In this document: positions 1-11,522 of the stretch, piece by piece
Position numbering within the stretch: the stretch's first letter is position 1
Layout: the number at the start of each line of letters is the position of its first letter
Assembly: GCA_051294375.1 (NCBI GenBank)
Contig: CM119263.1
Location: 24,780,688-24,844,687, forward strand
Length of the DNA: 64,000 nucleotides
Direction: 5' to 3'
Source of the DNA: Paraspadella gotoi
Taxonomy: Eukaryota; Animalia; Chaetognatha
Position numbers and translations under genes: made by a program
Notes under the pieces: generated by a model
The model's input: the letters and a program-made list of their open reading frames with translations, nothing else
Told to the model about the DNA's origin: nothing
Database searches by the model: none

Positions 1-651
1 TCAAACACTGGCAAGTCGCTACTAATTAATCTCATTGTTGACTGTCTTCAATGTGGCTCTCTCGTGACTGGTTCGTCATTCGCTTTTTCGGATTTAGCCG
101 TGCAGGGGTGAGATCATGTGACTGTTCAGTTGGACGTCGCCATATTGGGCCCATCTTTCCTTTCTCCTCTGTTGTTTTTTTTTTTTGCCGCAGCGTCGAA
201 TGTTTACGCCACGATGAACTTTCAACGGGATCCGGTTCAAAAATTAGCGTCAATGCCCTGAAACTACTCTTTGGTGGGGAGCGTCTTGGCGTCAATCGTA
301 AATTCAAATCTTCCCGATTCATTTCTGGCATTCCAGTTATCGTCTCTTCTAATCAATCTATCGACGAATTATGCGACAACCCAGTTGATATGCCGCGTTG
401 AGGTCACGTTCAGTCGAATTAAAATTTTCCGTTCCAATTTTAAACGAGAAGCACTCAAAGACATAGCCCGCGTGAGGCAAGCTTATGGACTGCCCGATCA
501 CATTAAAACTATCCCCGAGAATGACAATTATTTACACTCGGAGGCATTATTAATGTTATTTAAGTATTATTATAAAGATTCTTTCGGGCAACCACCCCCC
601 CTCGTCGACGATATATCAGTTACTGATTTTTTAAACCCCCGTTTTAAATAA
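1..651 (+). CDS. SF3 helicase, parvovirus NS1/Rep-like, C-terminal part (5' truncated; intron 108-193; frameshifts after ~390)
   Basis: Frame 1 from nt 1 reads SNTGKSLLINLIV (Walker A) ... SFAFSDL. Removing GTGAGA...TTGCCGCAG (108-193) joins in frame to VECLRHDEL (Walker B) and LKLLFGGERLGVNRKFKSSRFISGIPVIVSSN (B'/C motifs). An ALRSR arginine-finger-like segment follows in a shifted frame at ~392. Confidence 0.85.
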
Positions 652-814
652 AAAAAATATATGCGATGGGCTAGAACCCCAGACCTTTTGGTTATGAGAC
701 GAGACGAACTCTCCCTCTCTCTCTCTCCCTCTCTCTTCTGCATTTAATTTTTAAACTCGTTGTCCTCGATACCGAGGTGATTCGAATTGATTTGTTTACA
801 GAAATTTCAACGAC

Positions 815-1458
815 ATGATGTCCCAAGACGAGAGCTTTTCGAATAAACTGGAAGATCTCCTTCGCGACGAATGGAAAAATGCGATGAATGCCACTCCCAG
901 TCCGATAAAGGGCGATCTCATGCAATTGCCTACACCAAAACACGTCCCACGACATATAACACACAAAAGGAACGAGGATGACCTCGACAATACATTACCA
1001 GACAAGGACAAACGGCGCATGGCCCATAAAGGCGACAAAGACGACTTGGACAAAGATTCTTTCTCGGACGACGACAACATCTTCAAAGACGAAAAACTCA
1101 TTGCGGGCCTCGAGGATCGCACACCTAAATATGTATATGAAAAGAAAACCACCACCCCAAGAGGCCACAAAACTACAAAAAAAATTTTATCTCGGGGGAA
1201 CTTTAACTTCGATGCTGACAATTTTCCAAGCCAATCGAAGCAATCGTGCTTAGACTTTTTTTGGGGAAAAAAAAACCAAATCATGGCTATGAGACACGGA
1301 GGATAAAAATAAAAGTGTCCTTAGCAACGCGAGAAGCTCGTTCGTGTGGAAGAACGCCCAATCTCCAATTCGAACGCCCACGCCAACCCCTAAAAGATTT
1401 CACGACGCCTCGGTTCAAACCGAGGACGATATCCAAAAAAAAAAAAGCAAAACAGTGA
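815..1458 (+). CDS. Hypothetical viral protein (acidic then basic, disordered; frameshift near 1270)
   Basis: ORF 815-1306 is clearly homologous to ORF 32382-33029 (MNATPSPIKGDLM, DDDNIFKDEKLIAGLEDR, NFPSQSKQSCLDF). Nucleotide similarity continues to ~1490. A TTTACAG acceptor lies just upstream. Confidence 0.65.
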
Positions 1459-2198
1459 CTATCACTACTACAGAAGTCAGTTATTTCGAATACTAACTAC
1501 ATCGTGTCAACTCTCAGCCATTGTCTCATCTTGTAATAAACACAACGCCTCTCTCTCTGTTTCTGTTTTTCTCTTCTCTCTCCATCTTCTCTTTTCTTCA
1601 TTTCTTCCTTTTTTTTAAACCCAGTTCCATCTAATGTGTACATTTTTTACGTTTTTATTCAATGATACTGTTTTAACCCCGCAATATATTTTAATGTATA
1701 TGTTTAAGGTTTGTCGTGTACTAACTAATTCGAATTTTTATTCCCATTTCAGATGAAAATTTTATCGTTTCCTTCGAGTTGACGCTTGTCCAGTCGTGTG
1801 AATCACCCGTTGCAACTTTAGTTTTCGACTAAACCAATTGGGAAAAGGTTAGTTTTTATTTTCTTTGTTTTTTTTTTCCGAGAAGTTTTATATAAGTTGT
1901 TATCCGCCCTTACCAGCTATCGCCGAAACAAACACGTCGGTGATGACATTTCCACGGTTGTCGTCGAGATGATCCAAGAGTCTTTCCCCGCCCGCCCATT
2001 GTCTACCCGAATGACTTTAAAACTTCTTTGCCGCTCATCGCGCTGCTAAAACAAGGTAATTTATTTTTTTTTGTTAATTGTTTAAAAATTTGAATTAATA
2101 TATTTTAATCTTTTTACAATAAGGCGCCAGAGTGAAGCGCCGCGAGTTGGACAACGGTTGTCTCTTGTGAGTCAACGCGCGCGGCGTTTTTCGTCACC

Positions 2199-5100
2199 AT
2201 GAACGCCGTGCACGCCGCCATTCAAACAGACGCCACGCGACCGACCACTTGCTACAAACAGACTATTCAGTGGATTGTGGTCAAATCGTCCATGATTATT
2301 GGCCAGAAATTAAATGCGATTACAGTGTCCCACCCAACGTATTATGTGCAATGTTTGTGTATAGATTGGCAAAAAATAGACCGAATCCAAATGATAAAAA
2401 TTCGGCCCCAGACCGCTTAGCAGAGCACCCAGCTTTGATACAATATATCGACAGTATATTGGCAAATTTTTTTACGGGACAAAGTTACTTTTTCAATTTT
2501 AATTTTTCGACCATCATATTCACAGAGAATACCAGCCGCTTCTCGTATAGTTCGCGAAATAATCTAACTTGTCTTGAAAATGCAAAATTAGTACACAACG
2601 AGAGGACGAGGTCACAATTGATCACCTCGTTGTGTGAATTTAGTATACGACAATATGAAAACTACAGTACAGAAATAATTAAAGAGAAATATATACCAAC
2701 AAAAATTGTTTATCTATCATTTTATGGGTATATAACTATGGTTCCACATGTTTTGTTGGCTGTGATTTAACAGTAAGCCCACCAGGTTTCAAACTCCCCC
2801 AGGAACCGTCAATGTTAGTAGAAATGCCGAACGGGGTGGCGATACCGACAATATGTGCGTATTTCAATCTTTTTCTGTCTTTCTCCAAGTAAAAAAGGCG
2901 CAGGGTAAAACCATCATCGAACACTTGTCGATACAAAGAAAAAAATTAATAATGCGACAGCTCTTAAACTCAAGAAATATTTCAAGCTTTTCGTTCAGCA
3001 CAATTACGCATCTTTAATCGGTGACATTTTTCCAAATTCCACTTCTTGTCTCAGAGTTACGCCCAAAGTATGGGATATGCTAGAAGAGGCATTCCAAAAT
3101 ACTATCAATATCTATGTGAAGGAATTCCCATTGGTGATCGACAGGAGAGGCAACTCCTTAAAAATTTCAAATAAAATTAATGCCAACAGATATTTCCTCA
3201 TTAGAAATTCCAATTCAAATGCTTATCGGGTTAACCTTTTGCAAATCGACAACGACTCGACTCTAATTAAACACGTAATCCCTATTCGAAATTTGCATTT
3301 ATTTGGTCGGAAGCACTTTTGTCCGCTGTGCAATCAGAAGTACAACGAATTCAAGGGGTTGGTTAAACATAAATGTTACAATGATAACTCTGTCAATAAT
3401 TTTGTTAGTGAGCAAATGGTTCAATTCCAGTCGTCAGCAGACTCTCTAATTAAAAAACTTTATCCTGATTTTTTACCAGATTTGTCGGCAGTCGAAACGC
3501 CACCTTTTTTAATGTTATTTTTGAAGTCGGTCTGCGATTCGGAAACTCGATACAGTTTAATATTTAATTCTGCCTCATTGGGCAAATTTTCAGAAACAAG
3601 AACGTTTAACGATGTAAATTTAGCAACTGTTTACTTATTGCGGCTTTTTGGAAAAAATTTGCAACTTTTTTAAAGAAAGAAAAAAGATTCATTTTAAAAA
3701 TATTCTACTCCAACTCGAAAAAGACAGAAACCAAGCGGAAGAGTCGGGGAATGTCAATTTAGGTAATGCCCACCGCAAACCGATGGCATTACTTAATCAT
3801 TTAAGCAACCAAATTGACGATTTTGTTTCCAAGACTTTGTGTTATGTTATTGACGAGGATGACAACTCCACCAAGAATAGTACATTTTTAAGTTCGGTTC
3901 TCTATCTCCTACAATTAACAGATAAAAAAACTTTAAATTACAGTTTTTACAAAGGTAAAATCCACAAAGTATGGGCAACCCATGGTTGTGTTCGCTTTGT
4001 CAATTTAAGCCTCACAGACGACGCCTTCGCTTATTCTCAGCTGAAGTTGGAAGCGGGGCCACCAACGCTACCGTCGTCGCCAAATTCGTCATCGCTGTCA
4101 TCCCTCGTCGACTGGAACGAACATGAGGCTGTGTACGGTCAATACAAAAAACTGTTAGAAAGTCTGGCTTACATCACCGGAAAAAACTTACTGGGTTATC
4201 GTGGTGAGACTGTCTCTGGTGTTGCCACGCACTACTTCGCCAGCTTTTTAAAGAGAAGCACCCTCGTGTCCCTTATCAGCCCACCCAGCGAATTGGCGAG
4301 ACTCATATTTCTCGAGAGTAGGTATGGCTATCTCATGGCCCAGACTGAAAACAATATTATTCATAGAGATGCCAAATTTAAATCAGTGGTTGAAGTGGAC
4401 GCAACCAAATATTACTGTAATCTACTAAAAGAAAGTCAATTTTTCGTTGGGTATCCATTGACTTTCGAATTATGCAATGATAACTATGAATTAGTAAATC
4501 GTCGACTATCAAAGAATTCATTCGCGAATATACTTTTAATGACACTCTCAATATACTTAAGGTTAGACATTTCACACCAAGCCCAATCCTTTGAACTCTG
4601 TATGCCAAATCGTAGAATCCACATCGACGGCTTCGTAGATAATACCACGTTAGGGGAACCCGATCAAATTCTGCAAATTCAAGGCTGCTACTGGCACTCA
4701 TGCTCACAACCATCCACTACATGACCGAACATCTTAGCACTAATACCACCGCCACTACCACAGTCGGAAAGGCGTTGTCACCAGACCCGAGAACTCCAAT
4801 TAAGAGGCCCGACCCACTTCGACCCCAGACATGGAGAGCAAATTGTAAAATGTCTGAATAGAAACCAAATTCATCAACAAAAAAAATTACACACAGAGAA
4901 GTTCGGATTGAGACTCTTAGAATAGAAGAATATATATTAAACGCAATTCGTGGACAAACCATTAACTATACGCCTATTTGGGAATGTGAGGTTGTGAGAC
5001 TTTGGGACGAACCACTTGAAAACGTGGTTAAGTTTTTTAAACTTCCAGTTAACCACAACGACGCTTCAATCAATACCAAGATTTCTTGGGCGAAGCTTTT

Positions 5101-6246
5101 AAATGCTAGCCCGAGGCCCAATTCCCATCACTAAAAAAGAAAATAAATGTTAATAACTTCGTCTCGTGCATTAAGAACCGAGTAGTTCAAGGCTATGTAA
5201 TCGTTTCGGCCGAATTGGGAGAGGAGTCTCAAAAGGTTTTAGGTGACTTCAAACCCTTTTCCCAAATTGTAAACGGTCGGGTCAGAAATAGATTTAATTT
5301 GATTAAACAATTAGTCACAACCACCTTTTTAGAATTTTTTATCAGAAAAAGAGAAGATGGGACTTTTCCCGACTTCGAAATAACGACCGTCCATAAAATT
5401 TTCTGTTATCGGACAACTGACGAACAACCATTTAAATATCCTTGCGACAAATTGTTGACCCTCATGAAGTCGGAGATTCCCAAAGGCAGTTCGTTGATGA
5501 CACTTACAAAAAAATTAAGCAATTCCTTAATTGGGCGATTTTCATTTAATAAAAATAAATATTGCACCAGCTTAGTAATCGATAAAAATGATTTTTCAAA
5601 TTTAAACTCATTAAAAAGTTTTAAAAATGCAAATCTAGTACATGGAAATTCATACATCGCCTTTTTTAACGACTGGAGTAAAATTCACAACTTGTGCCAT
5701 CTGCAATACAACCTAATATTAGATGGAAAGGTCGGGCTCTTGGATTTCTATCTAAAACTGCGGACANNNNNNNNNNCAGAATTATTTTTCACAAACTGTG
5801 ACTCTCTTGTGTTGTCGAGTGAATATGCACTCCCAGGCGATTGCTTTTACATGCTGCACCCCGTACTAGTACTNNNNNNNNNNCTAAAAACTAACGAATT
5901 AAACGAGAAAGATTACGAAAACTATGCGAATTTAAAGATTAGCGCGTTTCAAAAGCCTCATGTCTGCCCAAATCACTTGACGGATTATATTTTCTGTTTG
6001 AAGTATGGTCAGTTATTCCAGCCTAGAGATTGCTGTGTAGCTTTTATCAACGCATCGAACGCCCTGGTATTCAAATTGGAACAAGTTGGTAATTTGGCAC
6101 TCGTCGGCAAGAGTAATAGACTGCTATTAATAAACACACACACAAATGAAAAAAAGGTTCGTTGCCCGGGTATCTATGATAAGCGTTTGGATAATTTGAC
6201 TAACCTAACCCTTGAAGAAATTGGGAGAACTTTTAGTGATTATTAG
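2199..6246 (+). pseudogene. Protein-primed family B DNA polymerase (Polinton/adintovirus type), split by frameshifts
   Basis: N-terminal HVIPIRNL..FCPLCNQKY..HKC zinc module; motif A VEVDATKYY; embedded nuclease-like IDGF...QIQGCYWHSC; motif B KKLSNSLIGRF; motif C FTNCDSL. The fragments are collinear. Frameshifts could be sequencing errors. Confidence 0.85.
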
Positions 6247-6613
6247 TTTATTTCGCGTCAATTCGCAAAACAGAACCACGATCATATTAAAAAAAAAGGA
6301 CACTTTTATTTTTATTCTGTCGGCAATTCTTTTCTTAGTTGTTTATTAAATCCAATGACAATGTTTTTTCTCATCACGTAATTTTTTTTTTAAATTGATT
6401 TTAATTTGTTTTGCTGTTTGTTATTCCCCCGTAGCATCCCTCCAGAGTCCCGCACTGTTATGTCGCCTTTTAATAAATTAAATTTGCATTTAATTTCCCG
6501 CGTTCAATGTCTTTTCTTAATTTTGGGAACATGTCGATGCCAAAAGATAACCGACCATCCATTTTTTGTTCCCTAGAAAAAACGTACGTGATTATCGATG
6601 ATCAAGCTAGTTA

Positions 6614-6832
6614 TCAGGAATCCAGAATGTGTTGCAAGGCGCATTTCCCTTTGGACCTTTGCTTGCGGCGTCGTCCTCTGGTTTTCTTCGAGGCAGCACT
6701 TTTACCCCGGCGACGAGACCGTCTCTTGTTCTTTCGGGACTTCGACAACATACCAAAGAAACGCTTTTTCCAATCAGTCTTTGACGATTTGTTGGCCGCC
6801 GCTTTGCGTTTAGTTTTGCGTCGTCTTGCCAT
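6614..6832 (-). CDS. Small Arg/Lys-rich protamine-like protein (putative DNA-condensing core protein)
   Basis: MARRRKTKRK...RRSRRRGK...RGRRRKQR directly downstream of the capsid gene. Paralog at 48229-48377. May extend to ~6420 through a frameshift. Confidence 0.65.
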   Translation of the reverse strand: MARRRKTKRKAAANKSSKTDWKKRFFGMLSKSRKNKRRSRRRGKSAASKKTRGRRRKQRSKGKCALQHILDS

Positions 6833-6889
6833 TTTTAATAAATCTACTTAAGATATAAAGAAAAACATATCATCGATTGTCAGTAAAAT

Positions 6890-8474
6890 CTACTCGTCTT
6901 CATCGACAATAATTCCATTGACATCGATTTTAATCTCTTGATCAAAATATGAAATAACATTTAAAATTAAGTTTTCCGTTAACGCGTCGTCAAAACGTAG
7001 CTCCAAATCTAAACTACCACCGAATGCAGTCTTCAACGACGGCGCCAGAGCGGTCTCCGTCGTCGCCCACTCGTCCGTCAGTACTGGGCTTAGGTTAAAC
7101 GTTAGAAGAAAGAAATCATTCGCGTAAACTTTTTCAGTAATTGACCGAGCTTTCGCGCCGTAACAACGAAGGAAATTTTGGTACAACAATTTCATGTCCA
7201 TCGAATGATTCGATAGGTTTAGAGACCCATACAATTCGCACAGGGGGTGGCGGGTTCCATTCACATACAAACGAGCACTCCTCAGGCCATGGTGTTGGTA
7301 ACTAAAAAGTGCTGTCTGTGTGTTACCTAATTCGGCTTTCTCTTTGGTAAAAAATATTGATATAAAACGCGATAGCTTTGACCAATTAAAAATACTGTTA
7401 AGTCTAAAAATCTGAGAGTTGGCCAATATCTGAAAGCTGACAAATTTAAATGAAGGCGTCGTTCTGACGATCGAATTTTGTTCTATTTTTGACAGATACA
7501 TATCCCTCAGCTGGGAACTCATGCTGGCTTGGTTTACGATTAGAAACATCTTAATTATGACTATCTTGTAGCTTTTGTCACCCCCTTTGTCATCATATAT
7601 CAAGACTTTGTTTGGATTCTCCAGTTCGAAGTCAATGGTAAATGTGTCTCGCACGGGGAGAATGCAGTTAGTGGAAAAAAATTTACACAACATGCCGATC
7701 GGGAAGAGATAGTTAAGCGGCCTTTTTATGCATTTTTTTAAAACAATGCTTCGAAGCCAAAGCCCTTCGTTTATGCTGGCCCTTTCCTTGTTCAATTGCA
7801 GTATTTCTTCTCTCGTTCTGTCAAGAGCCGCTGCCTTTTCTGTTGTGGTGGCAATCTGGCGACCGGTTCCAAGCTTTTTGGTTACACAGTCACATTTTTG
7901 ACATAAGCATGTCACTATGGGATCCCTTAGACTGACATCGGAGCTCAAACCAGGCGTGTCTGGTTGGTAGCCAACGCCTGAGAGTAGTTGCTCTTTCTCT
8001 TCGTTTGAATAGTGGGTCATCAAACGAATGTAGGTTTCGTGTCTATTGAATGGAAAAAATCGCCCCTTTTCCATCCCCTGTTGACTTATTTTTACATGGC
8101 GAAACATATTGATTGGAAAATATTGATTTACTGATAGCTCGTCGGTTGCATCAATTAAATTGTTGTCTCCTCGATAGATTCTAACCCGAAGCCCAATTTT
8201 GCAAAATCGAAGAATCATCTGTGCGACAAACAAAAATATATTTACGTGATTTGGTGGATAAAAGTAAAAAGCATTTAAATTGATAAATGATTACCTCATT
8301 CGACAAATTTGCGGGGATTAAGAATCTAATCGTCTGGCTTTCCGGGGTGATCGGAGTAGTGGGATGCACCATTATTTCACTAAAGCGCTCGAATGTCGCG
8401 TCTGTCGCCTGTACATCCGCCAACTTGGAATCGTCAAACACCACAAGTTTACTCTTCGTGGAAACCGTCTCCAT
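6890..8474 (-). CDS. Major capsid protein (Polinton/adintovirus hexon-like, double jelly-roll), 2 exons: 8474-8295 and 8218-6890, ~502 aa
   Basis: Typical Polinton MCP segments: KSKLVVF N-terminus, GYQPDTPG, NEGLWLR, FSYQHHGLRSARLYVNG, FLLTFNLSP, GSLDLELRFDDAL..YFDQEIKID. Phase-0 GT-AG intron at 8294-8219. Confidence 0.88.
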
Positions 8475-8547
8475 TTTTATTGTTATTGTGTTTATTGAAA
8501 TTAAACTAATACATAGAAAAATATAAATTTAATTATTATTAATTTAT

Positions 8548-8855
8548 TTAAAAACAGCAACAGTGACGGGTTTTTGGTTTTGTCAAGTTTTTCTTAATTT
8601 TATCGGAATTTTTTTCGACATTAGAAATAAAAACGTTATCTAAAAATTCAACCTCGATCTGAATGTCACGGATTTTGAGCTGAAGCTTTTTTTTTTTTGC
8701 CCGCAGCATTCGAATTTCGCGATCTCTCCATTCCATTTCAGGCTTAACTTTTCGGTCCAACGATTCATCCATCATCTCATAGCCCAGTTGATCAACCGAA
8801 TAGAGACTCGTCCTAACCCCATCCCCCACCTCTCCAACATCGCAGTTTCGGTCAT
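8548..8855 (-). CDS. Small coiled-coil protein with polybasic-CCCF C-terminus
   Basis: Intact 102-aa version at 42735-43043; a 1-nt frameshift occurs here near the start. The diverged paralog at 50102-50409 also ends RHCCCF. Confidence 0.65.
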
Positions 8856-8913
8856 GGTGAATTAATACAAAATCGTTTATAAAATTAATATTTCAAATTT
8901 AACTAAACGAGAA

Positions 8914-9252
8914 TTACAGTTGCGTCGACAACAATGGCGTAGAAGATCGCAATGGTGGGCCTATCGGTAGGGTCTCTCGACTGAGGCGCAATTCTCTTTT
9001 ATTTTTCAACGATTCCACCAGGTGCCTGTCGTGACTGTCCATAACTCCGCGATACTCTTGATAGAGTTCCACGAGAACTGACTCGACTTCCTCTTTCCGT
9101 CTATTGGCGTAGTTCAGGTTTGCGACAAGAGAATTCAATTCGTTTCTAAGTTTCTCAATTTCATTCCTACGACTTTGTAGTTCGTACAACACGTGACTAG
9201 GTAACTCCTTTTTGAAAGCTAGTTCGAACATTTGCAATCGGACAGATTCCAT
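8914..9252 (-). CDS. Small coiled-coil hypothetical protein (112 aa)
   Basis: Intact ORF. The diverged but intact paralog at 50465-50800 keeps the frame and most residues. Confidence 0.75.
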   Translation of the reverse strand: MESVRLQMFELAFKKELPSHVLYELQSRRNEIEKLRNELNSLVANLNYANRRKEEVESVLVELYQEYRGVMDSHDRHLVESLKNKRELRLSRETLPIGPPLRSSTPLLSTQL

Positions 9253-9615
9253 TTCAAAACGGAAAATTGAAAAAAGAAAACTTTAATATAATAAAAACGA
9301 AGATAATATTTTTCAACTATGCTTTACAGCGATAACAACGACAAATCGACTAAATCTGTGTAAATGGATTATAAGTAAAAGTAAATTAAAAAAAATTCAC
9401 AGCCATGATGACGATAAACAGATTTGCATGAGTATTATTCTTATTGCAAAGAAAAAAAAAGAACAAGGAAAGAAAACAAACTATCTGACAACGAAGCACG
9501 ACTATCAAGCGGTATAAAAAAAAATTAAAATGTTCCAGAAATTGAACCTTAACTGCGATATAAAAAAATTTAATTAATAAAATTTAAAATTTCTAATACA
9601 AACGAAAAATTGTAT

Positions 9616-11522
9616 CTAAGGAAAGAAGTATTTGCACTTCTTCCTATTTTCGCAGTCCTTATGTTTTTCCGCGTCAACTAGACTGTCTATGGAGTGGGAA
9701 ACAGTTTCAGCCTCGACGACGAACGCCTTACACGCGTCGTAGGCGCTCTCATCGTGACTCCCGCGCTCCATCCGCCACAACAACGGCCAAACGTACGACA
9801 GCACTTTTCGCGCATCTACTACCAGCTTGTCGACCCTTTTCTTTAGACCGTAGCAACGCAGAATGTACGGGCCACGGCGCACGTTTTCCTTGATGAAGTT
9901 TATCCGGTCGTACACCACCGACGCCCGCCTCCGCAATTCACTCACACAGATTAGGAATATCGCACCCATGGTCGGCTTTACTTCTCCCAAGATCACGAGA
10001 TCCTCATTCGTGCCGTCCTCATCCTCATTGAATGTCCCATCGAGCAAACTACCCCCATCGGTGTCCATGGAACCTTCACCACCATCGATCTCTTCGTGCC
10101 CCAACTCGACCAAGCGGCGAAGCTCGTCAACCACCAAAGGACCCATCTCCTCCTCCAATTCTGTTCTTCCCATCGAAGCGACTTGGGACTGGATGGCCAT
10201 CGTCGCCGTGTTCGCCCCTACCATCTCCGCCTCCGCCTCTGCACCCACCGTCTCCGCCTCTGCACCCATCGTCTCCACCTCCGCTTCTACACCCGGCATC
10301 TGCGCCTCTGCCTCTGCCAACTCCGCGCCCATCCCATCTCCCATCTCACCTCCTGCCTCCAGCCCTGACATGTCTGTCGCCTCCTCTGCCGCCTCCTCTG
10401 CCATCTCCGCCGCCTCCAACTCTGCCATCTCTGCCGCCTCCAACTCTGCCATCTCTGCCGCCTCCTCTGCCATCTCCGCCGCCTCCACCTCTGCAATCTC
10501 CGCCTCCATCCTTGTCATCTCCGCCTCCTCTTCCGCCATCATCTCCGACTCCGTCATCAGCTCCTCCAACCCAGATTCATTTGTCGACTCTGGGTAGCCC
10601 ACCGAGCCCGACACAGTCGTTTCCCTAACGGAAACCTGATCACCCACGGACAGGGGGACCTCCAAAACTGCCACGGGTAGTTGTGGCAGCGTCTCCTGGA
10701 TCTCGGTTAAGATTTGAGCCGCCTCTTCCTGACTCAAATCCCCCAATGTGTCGGTCGACGCGACTTCGACAAATCTCGGTGCGACAACTTGGAGTGTTCC
10801 ATTGTCGTCGGTGGCCACCGAGATATCCATGCCAAGCTCGGACATTGACCGAGTGGCATGGATAGATGGCAAGTGGGATTGATTGTCGTATTGATGTTGG
10901 ACTCCGGGCTGTTGGGCTTGCCATTGTGGAGCCAAAATGGGCAAACGAGAAGACGCTTGCTGTTGCTGCTGTTGGTACTGCTGCTGTTGCTGGTACTGCT
11001 GGTACTGCTGCTGCTGCTGCTGGTACTGCTGCTGCTGCTGGTACTGCTGCTGTTGGTACTGCTGCTGTTGTTGTGGCTGCTGATACTGCTGCTGCTGTTG
11101 TGGCTGCTGATACTGCTGCTGCTGTTGTGGCTGCTGATGTTGAAGCTGCTGCTGCTGATGTTGATGCTGCTGCTGCTGTGTGGCTGCTGCTGCTGTTGTT
11201 GTTGTTGCTGCTGCAAAACGTTTTGCTGAGTGGCGATGACATGCGGCCGCCAAGGAACAACGATGGCCATTGCACATCACGTGTTCCATTGGTTGACTCG
11301 TGTTGCCAATTGTGGGTGGATTTGCATTGGCAAACCAGAAAAAGTCGGTCGTGGACCTTGGTTCACGTTGAAAGGCGGTCCATGGGATGATGAACCGCCG
11401 CGCGAGAAGTGGCCATCGTTGAAGCCATTCAAGCTGTTTAGAATTCGGTCCAACTTGACCTCCAGACGATCCAGAAGTTGCACCGTGGCGTTGTCCATCG
11501 TCGGAAATTGATTGGCCATCAT
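9616..11522 (-). CDS. PolyQ / acidic-repeat protein with helical C-terminal domain (frameshifted near 11280)
   Basis: ORFs 11277-11522 and 9616-11289 are joined in the copy starting at 40089. It has CAG-rich Q tracts and AEMAEEA repeats. The C-terminus KKCKYFFP is conserved in lineage B (51066-51176). Confidence 0.7.

Noticed and set aside
9863-11390. Long + strand and alternate-frame ORFs (poly-L, poly-A, poly-S, Pro-rich)
   Set aside because: These are shadow frames of CAG and GAG repeats in the polyQ/acidic gene.
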